Both the position numbers and the translations under genes were made by a program. 64,000 nucleotides of DNA from positions 62,001 through 126,000 of the IMG/VR virus record IMGVR_UViG_3300032307_000369; one strand, given 5' to 3'. Positions within the stretch are counted from its first letter, which is position 1; each line of letters starts with the position of its first letter. Shown piece by piece: positions 27,175-39,661 of the stretch. The notes beneath the pieces were generated by a model. It saw nothing but the letters and a program-made list of their open reading frames with translations. It did not search any database and had not been told where the DNA came from.

Positions 27175-30100
27175 ATGACCGTAAAACCTATTTGGATTAC
27201 ATCTTCAGGAAGTTTAGGAAGTTTTGAACAAAGCCAACCTATCACTCCAATTGTGTTGGAAGTGGCCAATGCCAACGAAGTAAAAATTATTTCCAAAACA
27301 TTGCCTAATGGCTTAAAACTTGATTCAGTAACCAAAACAATTACTGGGGTTCCACTTGATAGTGGGATTACAAAAACCTACGACTTTGTTGTTAGAGCAA
27401 GTATTGTAGATGTTGATGGTAAGACTTATATACAGGATAGAACTTTCAACATTACAATTATTAGTAATGCTCAGCCAATACTACTAACTCCTCCTGGTGC
27501 AATATCTATTGGGTTGAATAAAGAAAACTTTGTTTTAAACAAATCAATAGTTAATTTTCAATTTGATGCTGTAGCTAATAGTGTTCCACCTGGACAAAAA
27601 TTAAAATTTTATTTAGAAGAAAATAAAGGAGAATTACCTCCTGGACTCAAATTATCAGAAGAAGGTCTTCTATACGGGACAATTGATGATGATTTGGAAT
27701 TAGATTTCAAAGTTGTTCAAGGAACATATGATAGAGATTTTTATGACATTAATCCCTATGACTATGGAACTCCAATTGAGCCAGCTAGAGGTATAACAAC
27801 TGTTGCTAATGGGAAAATACAATCTGCATCAGTTACCTATGGCGGCAATGGATATTTGCTAGATCCAAAAATTATTGTAGGTGGTAGTGTAGATTTTAGC
27901 TCTATTGTTATCACTGATGGTGGAAATGGTTATACCGTTGCACCAACAGTTGTTTTTAGTAATAGTTTAACCATTGGCGGAATTACTGCAACAGGATATG
28001 CTGAAATATCAAACGGATCTGTTACTAACATCGTTATAACAAATCCTGGAACAGGATATGAAGTTGCCCCAACAATTATATTCAAAGATCAAAATACAGG
28101 TAGTGGAGCAAGTGCTACATGTGAGTTACAATTAGGATTAGACGGTGCTCTTATTGCAAGAGTCACTAACGGAACTGTTGTTGATATTGATATTGCAAAT
28201 CCTGGTAGTGGATACCAAACAGCTCCTGCAATAAGTTTTGGTGCTCCAACAGCAGGATCTAGAATTATATCTAAAACTTATAAGTTTTCTTTGACAGTTG
28301 CTAATGGTGAATTAACTGACACTAAAATTTATACCATTTTTGTAAAGAGTGAAAATTCTTTACGTGTCGATACTACATTTATCTTTTCAGATACTGTTGA
28401 CTTTGATACTAGTAGAACATATATTCAACCACCAATTTGGATTACCCCAAACACACTTCCAATTGTAAAAGGCAACAACAACTACATATATGATTTAGAA
28501 GTATTTGATCCAACACCTACTGTAGGAAAATTATATTTTGGTCTATTAGATTTTAATTTTGACGGTACTCCTAGTGAGTTTGGTCCAAGAAATAATGAGA
28601 GAAATCAAATCACGCATAATATAGTACATGTTGATTTAGAATCTCCAGTGCTATTAACACTATCACAACGACATACTTTTAAAGATAGCGATCGAGTTAG
28701 AATTTCAAATGTTGGCGGTACTACTGAGCTTAACGATGATGTGTATTATATCAAAGTAATTAGTGAAATTCAAATTGCTTTATATTCTGACGTGGTGTTA
28801 GTAAACCCAATTGTGGGCACATTCTTTAATGCCTACACAAGTGGTGGTAAAGTAAATCCTGAAGAAAACTATTTAAAATTGGACCCTGTTGGTGGGGAAA
28901 TCAATGGATTCATTCCATACCAACCAAGTGTGACAAAAACTTATACCTTCACTGTTCAAATACAAAGAATTTTAGATGATGTTGAAGTAGCAAATTCTTT
29001 TAAACAATTTCAGTTAACAGTAGAAGGAAATATACAAGGGGACATTAATTTCGTTACTCCAACACTTGTTGGAACATTAAAACCAAACGAACAAAGTTTG
29101 TTAAAAATTGAAGCTGAATCTACGTTACCTTCAGCATCTGTAATATATGACCTTATACCTGGATATGGTAAAACTTCAGGAGTAAACTATATTGAGTTGA
29201 ATCTAACAGAATATCGCGGAAATATTCTAATTGAAAATTATGGTATAAATCCAGTAGTAATTTTAGAAAAAGGACAAAGCTACAAAATTAATGTAGACTT
29301 AGATAACTTTACGGTAGGATTTAAAAATATTGATGGATCATACTACAATAGTGGACTTAGACACAGCACAGGAGTTGTTGGGCAGGCTGCACAAGAAAAG
29401 TCTAATGGCTATTATATTTTTATTCCTCCATTTAATGAAACTGATAAAATTGAATTAGTATATACTAATATCAAAAAAGACGGACTATTCCTAGCATTAA
29501 AAAAATATAACATTGATACAAAAGAATGGGATCGTCAAATTATCAACTCATATTTTACAGAATATGATGCTTATACTAATTTAACAAAACAAATCAACTC
29601 TAATCAAGATGCTCATGCTGTAATTTTAGATTATACAAAAATTCAATTTGGTATTAAGAAATATAATACTGGAACACTTACATGGGATCTTGTAAATATT
29701 CCCGTTACAAAGCCAACAAATCCTACGTCAAATTCATACTGGTTAGATCTTGCTGAAAGTAGCTTTGGAGTTTTAGAATTTAGATATTTTGGATTGCAAG
29801 GTCGTTGGGTATCAGTTAGTATGTCTGTTGTTACAACTATGCCAAATAACAGCGAAGGGGTCAATGGGAACTATAAAATATTTAACGATGCTGGCACCTA
29901 TAAAGTACTTAGAAAAATTAATGGTGTTTGGAAAATTATAGAAAGATTGCCTATCGAAACAAAGACTGCATTTGATCCAAACGTGTTCTTTAAACCAGCA
30001 ATTGCTACTGCACCTGTTACAAATTTACAATACGATGTTTGGTTCAAATACAATGCGTTGTATGACGGGCTAGACAAAAAAATTACAGTCAATTTAAAGA

Positions 30101-31416
30101 GTTTAGATAATCTTCCTACAGATATTTCAATTGGTCTTGGTGGAGATATCATTGGTAAAATTACTCCAACTACTGGCAACACCTTTAAAGGCTACTACAG
30201 TAGCAACGTTTTGTACGTGGCTAACGATGTTGTCACATTTAATAATTCTTTATATATTTGTGTAAACCAATATAGATCTACTGGTAATTGGTATCAAGAA
30301 TTGTCTAATTGGAATAGTTTTGCGTATACTAAACGTGTTGCTACCACAATTGACGTTAACAGCTATGGTGTTGCAAAGTTCAGTATCCACGGTATAAATG
30401 ACGACGGCACTTCGATAGATCAACTTTTAAGATTTAGAATTAGAGCTAGAGACACGCAAAATGTTAGCTCTTTAGAAAAAGATTTTACTATTGCTTATGA
30501 AAGCAGTACTGTAACATCATTAACTAACATATATCTACAACCGTTTTTAGGAAAAGAAAGTAGAGATAGATATTTTAATTTTATTACAGATACTAATATT
30601 TTCTTATCTGATAGTTTGTATAGATCAGAAGATCCAAATTTTGGTATTCAACGTGTTCCTAAGATGTTACTTCTTGGAGGTATTGAAAATACAAAGTCTG
30701 ACAATTATGTCAGTGCTGTTCAAAGAAATTATTATGACAGACCTTTGTATTTTGGTGATATAAAAGTTGCTATTGCTAAAAACGAAGACAAGTTAGAATA
30801 CGAAGTTATATATGTAGAAATTAACGATCCGTATGAGATTAATAATGTAAGTGTTTCTGATAAAATTAAATTAGCATTTGATTATGATCCTCTTACCGTT
30901 GATTATAGTAAAATTAGAGTTGATGATTCTAGTGTAGTTGCTACTGATACAGGCTTAGACACAATATATCCAAGTAGTATTACACTCATGCAAGACGCAT
31001 TAAAAAAGGTCATGCTTGAAACATCTGACAGTGTATTAGTAACTCCAAACTATGAAGATTGGGGAGGAATTATAGGAGCAAGTTCTGAACTTGATGATTG
31101 GGGTCTGGTTGCAGAACGAGTTTCACTAGTTGACGATTTCTTACTTGCAAGAAATAGTATAGGATTTGACGTTAAATACCGTCCGCTATGGATGAATACT
31201 AGCCAAGATGGCACAGGAAACCCAGTGGGTTATGTTAAAGCCATACCAATTTGCTATGTCAAACCTGGTGAAAGTGCAAAAATATTGCGATTAATTGAAA
31301 GAAGCAAGTTTGATTTTAAACTGCTAAATTTCAAAATTGATAGAATAGTAATTCAAAATCCTCTAGGTGAAACCGGGGATAAATATATAAAGTTTATTAA
31401 CAGGGAAATTATATGA
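27175..31416 (+). CDS. baseplate wedge-like protein with Ig-like repeats
   Basis: P.WIT..G.LG, LP.GLKL...G repeats, G.GY..AP repeats; position in the tail module. Confidence 0.65.
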   Translation: MTVKPIWITSSGSLGSFEQSQPITPIVLEVANANEVKIISKTLPNGLKLDSVTKTITGVPLDSGITKTYDFVVRASIVDVDGKTYIQDRTFNITIISNAQPILLTPPGAISIGLNKENFVLNKSIVNFQFDAVANSVPPGQKLKFYLEENKGELPPGLKLSEEGLLYGTIDDDLELDFKVVQGTYDRDFYDINPYDYGTPIEPARGITTVANGKIQSASVTYGGNGYLLDPKIIVGGSVDFSSIVITDGGNGYTVAPTVVFSNSLTIGGITATGYAEISNGSVTNIVITNPGTGYEVAPTIIFKDQNTGSGASATCELQLGLDGALIARVTNGTVVDIDIANPGSGYQTAPAISFGAPTAGSRIISKTYKFSLTVANGELTDTKIYTIFVKSENSLRVDTTFIFSDTVDFDTSRTYIQPPIWITPNTLPIVKGNNNYIYDLEVFDPTPTVGKLYFGLLDFNFDGTPSEFGPRNNERNQITHNIVHVDLESPVLLTLSQRHTFKDSDRVRISNVGGTTELNDDVYYIKVISEIQIALYSDVVLVNPIVGTFFNAYTSGGKVNPEENYLKLDPVGGEINGFIPYQPSVTKTYTFTVQIQRILDDVEVANSFKQFQLTVEGNIQGDINFVTPTLVGTLKPNEQSLLKIEAESTLPSASVIYDLIPGYGKTSGVNYIELNLTEYRGNILIENYGINPVVILEKGQSYKINVDLDNFTVGFKNIDGSYYNSGLRHSTGVVGQAAQEKSNGYYIFIPPFNETDKIELVYTNIKKDGLFLALKKYNIDTKEWDRQIINSYFTEYDAYTNLTKQINSNQDAHAVILDYTKIQFGIKKYNTGTLTWDLVNIPVTKPTNPTSNSYWLDLAESSFGVLEFRYFGLQGRWVSVSMSVVTTMPNNSEGVNGNYKIFNDAGTYKVLRKINGVWKIIERLPIETKTAFDPNVFFKPAIATAPVTNLQYDVWFKYNALYDGLDKKITVNLKSLDNLPTDISIGLGGDIIGKITPTTGNTFKGYYSSNVLYVANDVVTFNNSLYICVNQYRSTGNWYQELSNWNSFAYTKRVATTIDVNSYGVAKFSIHGINDDGTSIDQLLRFRIRARDTQNVSSLEKDFTIAYESSTVTSLTNIYLQPFLGKESRDRYFNFITDTNIFLSDSLYRSEDPNFGIQRVPKMLLLGGIENTKSDNYVSAVQRNYYDRPLYFGDIKVAIAKNEDKLEYEVIYVEINDPYEINNVSVSDKIKLAFDYDPLTVDYSKIRVDDSSVVATDTGLDTIYPSSITLMQDALKKVMLETSDSVLVTPNYEDWGGIIGASSELDDWGLVAERVSLVDDFLLARNSIGFDVKYRPLWMNTSQDGTGNPVGYVKAIPICYVKPGESAKILRLIERSKFDFKLLNFKIDRIVIQNPLGETGDKYIKFINREII

Positions 31417-32030
31417 GCTCAAGCGCCATTGTTTACACAACAATTAACGAAAACTTTCCAGCCGCAGGGCAGGATAATGATTCACAAGGTTTTAGAGATA
31501 ACTTTGCTAGAGTCAAAACTGCATTAGGTACAGCACAAAGTGAAATCACTTATCTAAATAATAATGCTGTTGATAAAACACAGAATAACGATATGGGTAA
31601 CAATACCCTAAGTAATGTGATTTTAAAAAATTATGGAATCGTAAGTAACACAGCATTAACATCTGCTGCCGCAACCAGTGTTATTACCTTCAGTGAATCT
31701 CAATATAGAAGATACAGCTTAGGTAACAATACAAACATTTTTCAAATTGATAACTGGCCCGTTGGTTGTTATTCTGAAATGTTTCTTGAGGTAGTTTCTG
31801 CAAGTGGAACCAAACAAATTAGATTCCAAACAGGTGTTATTAATAATAGCTTAGGGACTCCAGTTAAAAATATGCATTTAGGCGAAGGCTTTGGAAATAA
31901 TGCGTATGTGGACTGCACTAGATTAGATAACTCAAATAGATTACAAACTTATCTATTTAAAGTTGCTACACCTGATGGTGGAGTAAACACTTATGTATCA
32001 CTTGTTGATATGTTTAAACAGCAGGCTTAA
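31413..32030 (+). CDS. putative virion structural protein
   Basis: INENFP.AGQDNDSQGFRDNF; TAAATA at 31380. Confidence 0.55.
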   Translation: MSSSAIVYTTINENFPAAGQDNDSQGFRDNFARVKTALGTAQSEITYLNNNAVDKTQNNDMGNNTLSNVILKNYGIVSNTALTSAAATSVITFSESQYRRYSLGNNTNIFQIDNWPVGCYSEMFLEVVSASGTKQIRFQTGVINNSLGTPVKNMHLGEGFGNNAYVDCTRLDNSNRLQTYLFKVATPDGGVNTYVSLVDMFKQQA

Positions 32031-32263
32031 TGCATCCATTACAAGTAAATCTTGAAAATCTAACTGACAGTGAGTTAGAAGATAAAATAAAAGAGCTAAC
32101 CAAAAAGTACTTTGTAGTACTACAGGTTAGCCCTTCAGCATCAACGCAAGTATTGATGTTATTAGAAGATTACAAAAGCGAACAATCAGCAAGAGAACAC
32201 AAACGACAAAACCACAAATCAGATCTAGGCGATGAATTTGATGGTTTGATTAATATTGGTTGA
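32030..32263 (+). CDS. hypothetical protein
   Basis: TAATG coupling. Confidence 0.6.
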   Translation: MHPLQVNLENLTDSELEDKIKELTKKYFVVLQVSPSASTQVLMLLEDYKSEQSAREHKRQNHKSDLGDEFDGLINIG

Positions 32264-32287
32264 CATTTTTGTAAATTCATATATAAT
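32260..32287 (+). promoter_or_regulatory. sigma70-type promoter (leaderless geometry)
   Basis: TTGACA-N16-TATAAT, ATG 6 nt downstream. Confidence 0.7.
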
Positions 32288-32293
32288 ACTGTA

Positions 32294-32809
32294 ATGCACA
32301 GTAATCAATATGGACAAGTTTTTAGGAATGAGCAAGAAGTTTTAGACTTGATGCTCCAAGATCCTAATTTAGATATTTCCAAAATAAATTTTGAAAGTCT
32401 CGATCTTGTTAATCTTTTTAACGAGTCAGCAAGTCGTTGTGGCATAAATGTAAGCATACAGACTGCAAATGAAATCACTCTTGATGTAATTGAATTCGAT
32501 AAACAAAATCAAGCTGATTGGTTTATGCCTAAAGATCATTGCCCAAATTTGATAGAAACATTAATTAATCAATGTAACACTGAAGAACAAAGACAGCGGG
32601 TTGAGTTAGAACTAGAGCTATATATTAAGCATGGAATGATTGACTTACTGCATTTCATGAAGTATTTGGTTGACACCCTTAGAAAAAATAATGTCGTTTG
32701 GGGTGTTGGCAGGGGTTCTAGTGTAGCAAGTTACATATTATATTTGATAGGAGTTCATAAGGTTGACAGCATTAAATATAATTTAGACATTAATGAATTT
32801 CTAAAATAA
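32294..32809 (+). CDS. stand-alone DNA polymerase III alpha-like fragment
   Basis: RV..EL, GVGRGSSVAS..LY.IG...VD..KY.L...FL, then stop. Confidence 0.8.
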   Translation: MHSNQYGQVFRNEQEVLDLMLQDPNLDISKINFESLDLVNLFNESASRCGINVSIQTANEITLDVIEFDKQNQADWFMPKDHCPNLIETLINQCNTEEQRQRVELELELYIKHGMIDLLHFMKYLVDTLRKNNVVWGVGRGSSVASYILYLIGVHKVDSIKYNLDINEFLK

Positions 32810-32832
32810 ACTTAAAATAAGGAGACACTATT

Positions 32833-33135
32833 ATGAGTGAACGCAAAATTTATAAAACTATGCAGGGAAAAACAATTGATTTTGATGCATTACGTTTAGC
32901 GAACGAATTAGTACCAGCCATAGGAAACATGAAAGTCAATGCACGTGGCGATCAAATTGCACCAAATGGTACCATTGTTAGAACAAGAGATGACATTGTT
33001 CAAGAAAGAACTGTTAAAGAAAATGCGCAAATTGAGGAATTTACTGAAGATTTTGGTCCTGAGCCAGAAATCACTCCTGAAGAAGCACAAAAAATATTAG
33101 CCAAAAATAAGAAAATTAAACCACAGGAGAAGTAA
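32833..33135 (+). CDS. hypothetical phage protein
   Basis: AAGGAG SD; GNMKVNARGD. Confidence 0.65.
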   Translation: MSERKIYKTMQGKTIDFDALRLANELVPAIGNMKVNARGDQIAPNGTIVRTRDDIVQERTVKENAQIEEFTEDFGPEPEITPEEAQKILAKNKKIKPQEK

Positions 33136-33495
33136 ATGACTGTCAAAGGCAAATTGCTCCCGCTACATGACAAGGTAATGGTCACCAATATGAATTTTGG
33201 TGAAGGTAAAACTAAAACTGGCATAGTATTAACATCTGATGATGGCAAAAGCAGTGGTCTACATCCAAGATGGTGCCAAGTCAAATTTGTAGGGAACGAA
33301 CAAAAAGACATCAAAGTAGGGCAATGGCTGTTGATGCAACATGGTCGTTGGACACGTGGTATAAAATATGAAGAAGATGGCACTGAAATAACTCTACATA
33401 TGATAGACGTAGATGGTGTCTTGCTAGTAAGTAATGAAGAGCCTGAAACAGATGATTACCGAGTCAAAGTCGGTGCAATGAATTTCCAAACATAA
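33136..33495 (+). CDS. groES: GroES-like co-chaperonin
   Basis: PLHDKV.V, KTKTGIVL, VG....IKVG. Confidence 0.8.
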   Translation: MTVKGKLLPLHDKVMVTNMNFGEGKTKTGIVLTSDDGKSSGLHPRWCQVKFVGNEQKDIKVGQWLLMQHGRWTRGIKYEEDGTEITLHMIDVDGVLLVSNEEPETDDYRVKVGAMNFQT

Positions 33496-33496
33496 T

Positions 33497-33904
33497 ATGA
33501 ATATTGATCTAAACAAATATAAGGACTTTGTCCAAGCAGTTACTAGCGAAGCAAGTAACGATACAGACGCATTGATTGCTCGTATGCGTGAATTACAAAC
33601 GCAAGAAAACATTAACGTGGCTTTGCTAAACACAGCAAGTACTGGTTTAGGTAGCGAAGGTGGGGAATTCCAAGAAATAGTCAAAAAGATGTTGTTTCAA
33701 GGTAAGCCATTCAACGAAGAAAATCGTTTCCACATGAAGCGTGAACTTGGTGATATTATTTGGTACTGGGTCAATGCATGTCGAGCATTGAATCTTGACC
33801 CAAACGAAGTTATTGCCGAAAACGTTCGTAAACTGGAATCACGCTATCCAGGTGGGTCTTTTGATGCGTATTATTCTGAAAACCGAAAAGACGGCGACCT
33901 TTGA
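33497..33904 (+). CDS. mazG: MazG-like NTP pyrophosphohydrolase
   Basis: GL.SEGGE..E..KK, ELGDI.WY, N..KL..RYP. Confidence 0.88.
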   Translation: MNIDLNKYKDFVQAVTSEASNDTDALIARMRELQTQENINVALLNTASTGLGSEGGEFQEIVKKMLFQGKPFNEENRFHMKRELGDIIWYWVNACRALNLDPNEVIAENVRKLESRYPGGSFDAYYSENRKDGDL

Positions 33905-33916
33905 TAAAAATGTGTG

Positions 33917-33945
33917 TTGACATAGCGTATAAAATCATTTAAAAT
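33917..33945 (+). promoter_or_regulatory. sigma70-type promoter
   Basis: TTGACA-N17-TAAAAT, intergenic. Confidence 0.7.
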
Positions 33946-33977
33946 TATACTGTATATTTTTAATATGAAAGGTCGTT

Positions 33978-34388
33978 ATGTTAGCGCACATTTATCGTGG
34001 AATTTTGGACATACTCCATGCTCATCATGCTCAACTTCGTAAGAATGTAACTGAGCACATTCGAAAATTTGATGAGAAAAATTTAGAAGACAAATTAAGT
34101 GATATTAGCGTATACGGCTTTTGGCGTATGCTACTTGAACTAATCTTTAATACTTACATCCACATTTGTTTAGGTGTAGGAATCTTGTTAGCATTTACAC
34201 TAGTGCTAGTATCTTGGCCAATTAGAGCCATATTTGGACTGTATTTTCAAACAGTCTCAATTAAAAATCAGATGATGTATGATATGACTGAACCAGTTGA
34301 TCAAAGTACTCAACAAGTAAATCTACCTAAATACAATGTTAATGAAGGGAAAAAACTAAATGCAAGTACAGCCAAAAGATCCAAGTAA
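33978..34388 (+). CDS. membrane protein
   Basis: AAGGT SD; central hydrophobic stretch. Confidence 0.6.
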   Translation: MLAHIYRGILDILHAHHAQLRKNVTEHIRKFDEKNLEDKLSDISVYGFWRMLLELIFNTYIHICLGVGILLAFTLVLVSWPIRAIFGLYFQTVSIKNQMMYDMTEPVDQSTQQVNLPKYNVNEGKKLNASTAKRSK

Positions 34389-34527
34389 GGGACATTTTTA
34401 TGTCAGCCTTGCTAAAAGTGCTATTCGCATTGTAGCGGGTGGCTGTTTGATTACAGGCAACTTGCTAATGGCAGGAGTTTGTCTTATAATGGCAGAAGTG
34501 TTAGGCATTGTTGAGGAATTAGTATGA
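34360..34527 (+). CDS. 55-aa membrane protein (not in ORF track)
   Basis: MQVQPKDPSKGHFYVSLAKSAIRIVAG...AEVLGIVEELV*; ATGA coupling to the next gene. Confidence 0.65.
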   Translation: MQVQPKDPSKGHFYVSLAKSAIRIVAGGCLITGNLLMAGVCLIMAEVLGIVEELV

Positions 34528-34739
34528 GTGGAAAGTGGCATGGTGGTAAGGGTTCTAGACCACGACCTTTTAGTGTAAAAATTAATGAGTTTGAAGAAAG
34601 CATGAATCGTATCTTTGGCAACGAAGAACGTGACCAAGCAAAAGAAGATAAAAAGAAAGCTGACGCCGAGTATTGGGCCAAGATCAAAGAAGAAACTGAT
34701 AAACGTATTGCAGAGTTTAATAACAAGGATAAAAAATGA
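34524..34739 (+). CDS. small charged hypothetical protein
   Basis: GAGG SD; GGKGSRPRP. Confidence 0.65.
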   Translation: MSGKWHGGKGSRPRPFSVKINEFEESMNRIFGNEERDQAKEDKKKADAEYWAKIKEETDKRIAEFNNKDKK

Positions 34740-34897
34740 CACCAGCAATAAAAGAAATGAAACAAGGAACATGCGGTTGCGGTCGTAGCCCAACTGGAGA
34801 CTGTTGTGGTTGGCATGGTCTAACTGAAGAACAATATAAAGTTAAATTAGAAGAATATATGACCAATCGAGAGGACATAAACGGCGATGATGCATAA
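34736..34897 (+). CDS. 53-aa CDGSH-like Cys/His protein (not in ORF track)
   Basis: AAGGA SD; CGCGRSPTGDCCGWH. Confidence 0.65.
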   Translation: MTPAIKEMKQGTCGCGRSPTGDCCGWHGLTEEQYKVKLEEYMTNREDINGDDA

Positions 34898-35057
34898 ACA
34901 GTTAGCCAATGAACTTGTAATTCAACTGCACGACATTGCTAGAACTATAGAACAACAAATAGGCATTGGCCAACTAAGCAACGATGTTCGAAATGTTGCT
35001 GATAGATTACACACAGTAACAACTGAAACAGGCACACAACAAAAGGTAAAAGAATGA
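34887..35057 (+). CDS. 56-aa hypothetical protein (not in ORF track)
   Basis: fills the gap; ATGA coupling to the clamp loader. Confidence 0.55.
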   Translation: MMHKQLANELVIQLHDIARTIEQQIGIGQLSNDVRNVADRLHTVTTETGTQQKVKE

Positions 35058-35977
35058 ATCAATTATGGGTAGAAAAGTATCGGCCTAAGAACGTAGATGG
35101 TTACGTGTTTAGAGATGAAAATCAACGTAAGCAAGTTGAAGCATGGATTAAACAAGGAAGTATTCCGCATCTATTGTTAAGCGGTAGTCCTGGAATTGGA
35201 AAGACTACATTAGCCAAGTTACTGCTTAATGAACTAGAAATTCCTCAATATGATATCTTAGAAATTAACGCAAGTCGTGAACGAGGAATTGGTGAGGTTC
35301 GTGATAGAATTACTAACTTTATTCAAATGATGCCGTTTGGTCCATTTAAAGTAGTGTTACTTGACGAGGCTGATTATCTAACTCCAGAAGCACAGGCAGC
35401 TATGCGTGGTGTTATGGAAGAATACTCCGGAACTAGTCGATTTATTTTGACCTGTAATCATCCTAATCAAATTATTCCAGCTATTCATAGTCGTTGTCAG
35501 CAGTTTCACTTTGAAAAGATTGATCAAACAGAATTTACTGCTCGTGCGGCAACTATTTTGGTTGAAGAAGGAATTGATTTTGATTTAGATAACTTAGACA
35601 CATTTGTCAAAGCAACATATCCTGATTTGCGTAAATGTATCAACATGGTACAACAAAACTGTCAAGATGGAAAGTTGTTGGCTCCATCTAAATCTGATTC
35701 TGGAATGCAGGACTGGAAAGTTAAAATGGTTGAATTGTTTAAGGCTGGCAGAATTAGTGACGCAAGAAAAACTATTTGTGCTAGTGCAAGACCAGAAGAT
35801 CTTGATAGTGTATACAGATGGATGTATGACAACTTAGATGTGTTTAGTAAAGAAGAAGAACTGCAAGATCAAGCAGTGATTATAATTAAACAAGGATTAG
35901 TTGATCACACATTGATTGCTGATCCAGAAATTAATTTATCTGCAACTTTGATTAAGTTGGCAAAACTAGGAAAGTAA
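35054..35977 (+). CDS. clamp-loader AAA+ subunit (RFC/gp44-like)
   Basis: WVEKYRP, GSPGIGKTT, EINAS, LLDEAD, SRC. Confidence 0.92.
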   Translation: MNQLWVEKYRPKNVDGYVFRDENQRKQVEAWIKQGSIPHLLLSGSPGIGKTTLAKLLLNELEIPQYDILEINASRERGIGEVRDRITNFIQMMPFGPFKVVLLDEADYLTPEAQAAMRGVMEEYSGTSRFILTCNHPNQIIPAIHSRCQQFHFEKIDQTEFTARAATILVEEGIDFDLDNLDTFVKATYPDLRKCINMVQQNCQDGKLLAPSKSDSGMQDWKVKMVELFKAGRISDARKTICASARPEDLDSVYRWMYDNLDVFSKEEELQDQAVIIIKQGLVDHTLIADPEINLSATLIKLAKLGK

Positions 35978-36441
35978 TGCCTAGAAAAAACTCGGCCAAA
36001 GGACGTAATAGTTATGATGCTGAAATAGGGGACAGTGTTGTTCCCTTTTTTAATCGCAACGTAACTCCCTATCCCACTGAATCTGGCGGACCTAAGTTTG
36101 ATTTAATACCAGTTACTAAACAAAAAGATATTATGATCAATCATGCTAGGATGTATGCCCAGCAGGAATATGATCGTATTATGGAACTGGTTAAGGTATT
36201 GCAAAAACAAGCTGATGATATCAAACGTAGATTAGATGTTACTGATGCAGTACACGGAGCAGTATATCAGTTTCAACCAGTGATGGGTAATTGTTATTGG
36301 TTAGTGTGGGACAAGCGGAAGCAACATACATTATTAACCCAGAATGGACCTAACGATTGGTCTAGTAGTGCTCCAGAGGATTACGAATATCAGACACAGG
36401 TAAAATATATGGGTGACCATACCTGGATGGAAATAGAATAA
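35977..36441 (+). CDS. hypothetical protein (DUF2452-like)
   Basis: coiled coil then FQPV.G..Y.L ... D.TW. Confidence 0.55.
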   Translation: MPRKNSAKGRNSYDAEIGDSVVPFFNRNVTPYPTESGGPKFDLIPVTKQKDIMINHARMYAQQEYDRIMELVKVLQKQADDIKRRLDVTDAVHGAVYQFQPVMGNCYWLVWDKRKQHTLLTQNGPNDWSSSAPEDYEYQTQVKYMGDHTWMEIE

Positions 36442-36462
36442 AAGGGGCACAAGGCCCCTTTT

Positions 36463-36464
<2 letters not shown>
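36440..36464. terminator. bidirectional intrinsic terminator
   Basis: aaaaggggc-acaag-gcccctttttt between convergent genes. Confidence 0.9.
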
Positions 36465-38549
<2,085 letters not shown>

Positions 38550-38559
38550 AGGATAAAAA

Positions 38560-39195
38560 ATGAGTTTTACGTTTAATTTTACAAAACAGCAATTAGGGGA
38601 AATGATCCCAGGTAATCCATACCTAACTCATTGGTACGAAGCACTATCTGCTATTTTGCCTGAATATGAAATTAACACTCCACAACGAGTAGCGGCATTT
38701 ATTGCACAGTGCGCTCACGAGTCAGGTGGCTTTAAAGCATTAAAAGAAAATTTAAATTATAAGGCAGCAACACTGCGTAAAATTTTCCCTAAGTATTTTC
38801 CTACAGACGAAATAGCCGCAAAATATGCCGCAATGCCTAACAAGCAAGAAGCAATTGCTAATTTAGTTTATGCTAATCGTATGGGCAACGGTGGTCCAGA
38901 AACAGGTGACGGCTATCGTTACTGTGGTCGTGGGCTAATTCAATTGACTGGTAAAGAAAACTATTCATGGTTTGCAGCCAGTTTAGAAATGCCTGTTGAA
39001 GAAGTTCCAGAGTATCTAGGAACTTTTGAAGGTGCTGTACAAAGTGCTTGCTGGTTCTGGGAAACAAACAACTTAAATCAGTGGGCAGACAAGGGTGATA
39101 TTCTAACATTGACCAAACGAATTAACGGTGGAACAATTGGTTTAGAAGATCGTATTAAGCATTTTAATCACGCTGTTCATGTGCTAGGACACTAA
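38560..39195 (+). CDS. GH19 endolysin
   Basis: F.AQ..HESG.F...ENLNY, YANRMGN, GDGY.Y.GRGLIQLTG..NY, INGG..GL.DR. Confidence 0.93.
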   Translation: MSFTFNFTKQQLGEMIPGNPYLTHWYEALSAILPEYEINTPQRVAAFIAQCAHESGGFKALKENLNYKAATLRKIFPKYFPTDEIAAKYAAMPNKQEAIANLVYANRMGNGGPETGDGYRYCGRGLIQLTGKENYSWFAASLEMPVEEVPEYLGTFEGAVQSACWFWETNNLNQWADKGDILTLTKRINGGTIGLEDRIKHFNHAVHVLGH

Positions 39196-39196
39196 T

Positions 39197-39661
39197 ATGT
39201 GGCTATTGACATTCTTGCCTGATAGCTTGTTGATGTATATTATCAACGGCATATTGGTTGCAGGTGCAGTGAGTTTCTTTTTAAGTTTTTTTGTGTTACA
39301 CAAAATTCTAAATAAATTCCCTGCCCTAGCACCGTACCATCTAATAATACAAATTATCAGCGTAGTATTACTGGTAGCAGGCATTTATTTCAAAGGCGGA
39401 TACAGTACAGAAATGATGTGGCGTGAACGAGTTAAAGAAGCTGAAGCTAAGGTTGCAGTTGTTGAACAACAAAGTCAGTTACTTAACACTCAACTTGAAG
39501 AAGAGCGTAAGAAAAAACAAAAGGTTAAAGTAGAGTACTATAATACTGTAAAAACTGAAATCAAAGAAGTTGAAAAAGTTATCAATGCCAAATGTGAAGT
39601 GGATACTAAGGTAAACGAACTGCACAATAAAGCGGCAACTAATCCGGAGAAAACAAAATGA
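39197..39661 (+). CDS. putative inner-membrane spanin (Rz-like)
   Basis: N-terminal TMs, coiled coil, C-terminal Cys; follows the endolysin. Confidence 0.6.
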   Translation: MWLLTFLPDSLLMYIINGILVAGAVSFFLSFFVLHKILNKFPALAPYHLIIQIISVVLLVAGIYFKGGYSTEMMWRERVKEAEAKVAVVEQQSQLLNTQLEEERKKKQKVKVEYYNTVKTEIKEVEKVINAKCEVDTKVNELHNKAATNPEKTK

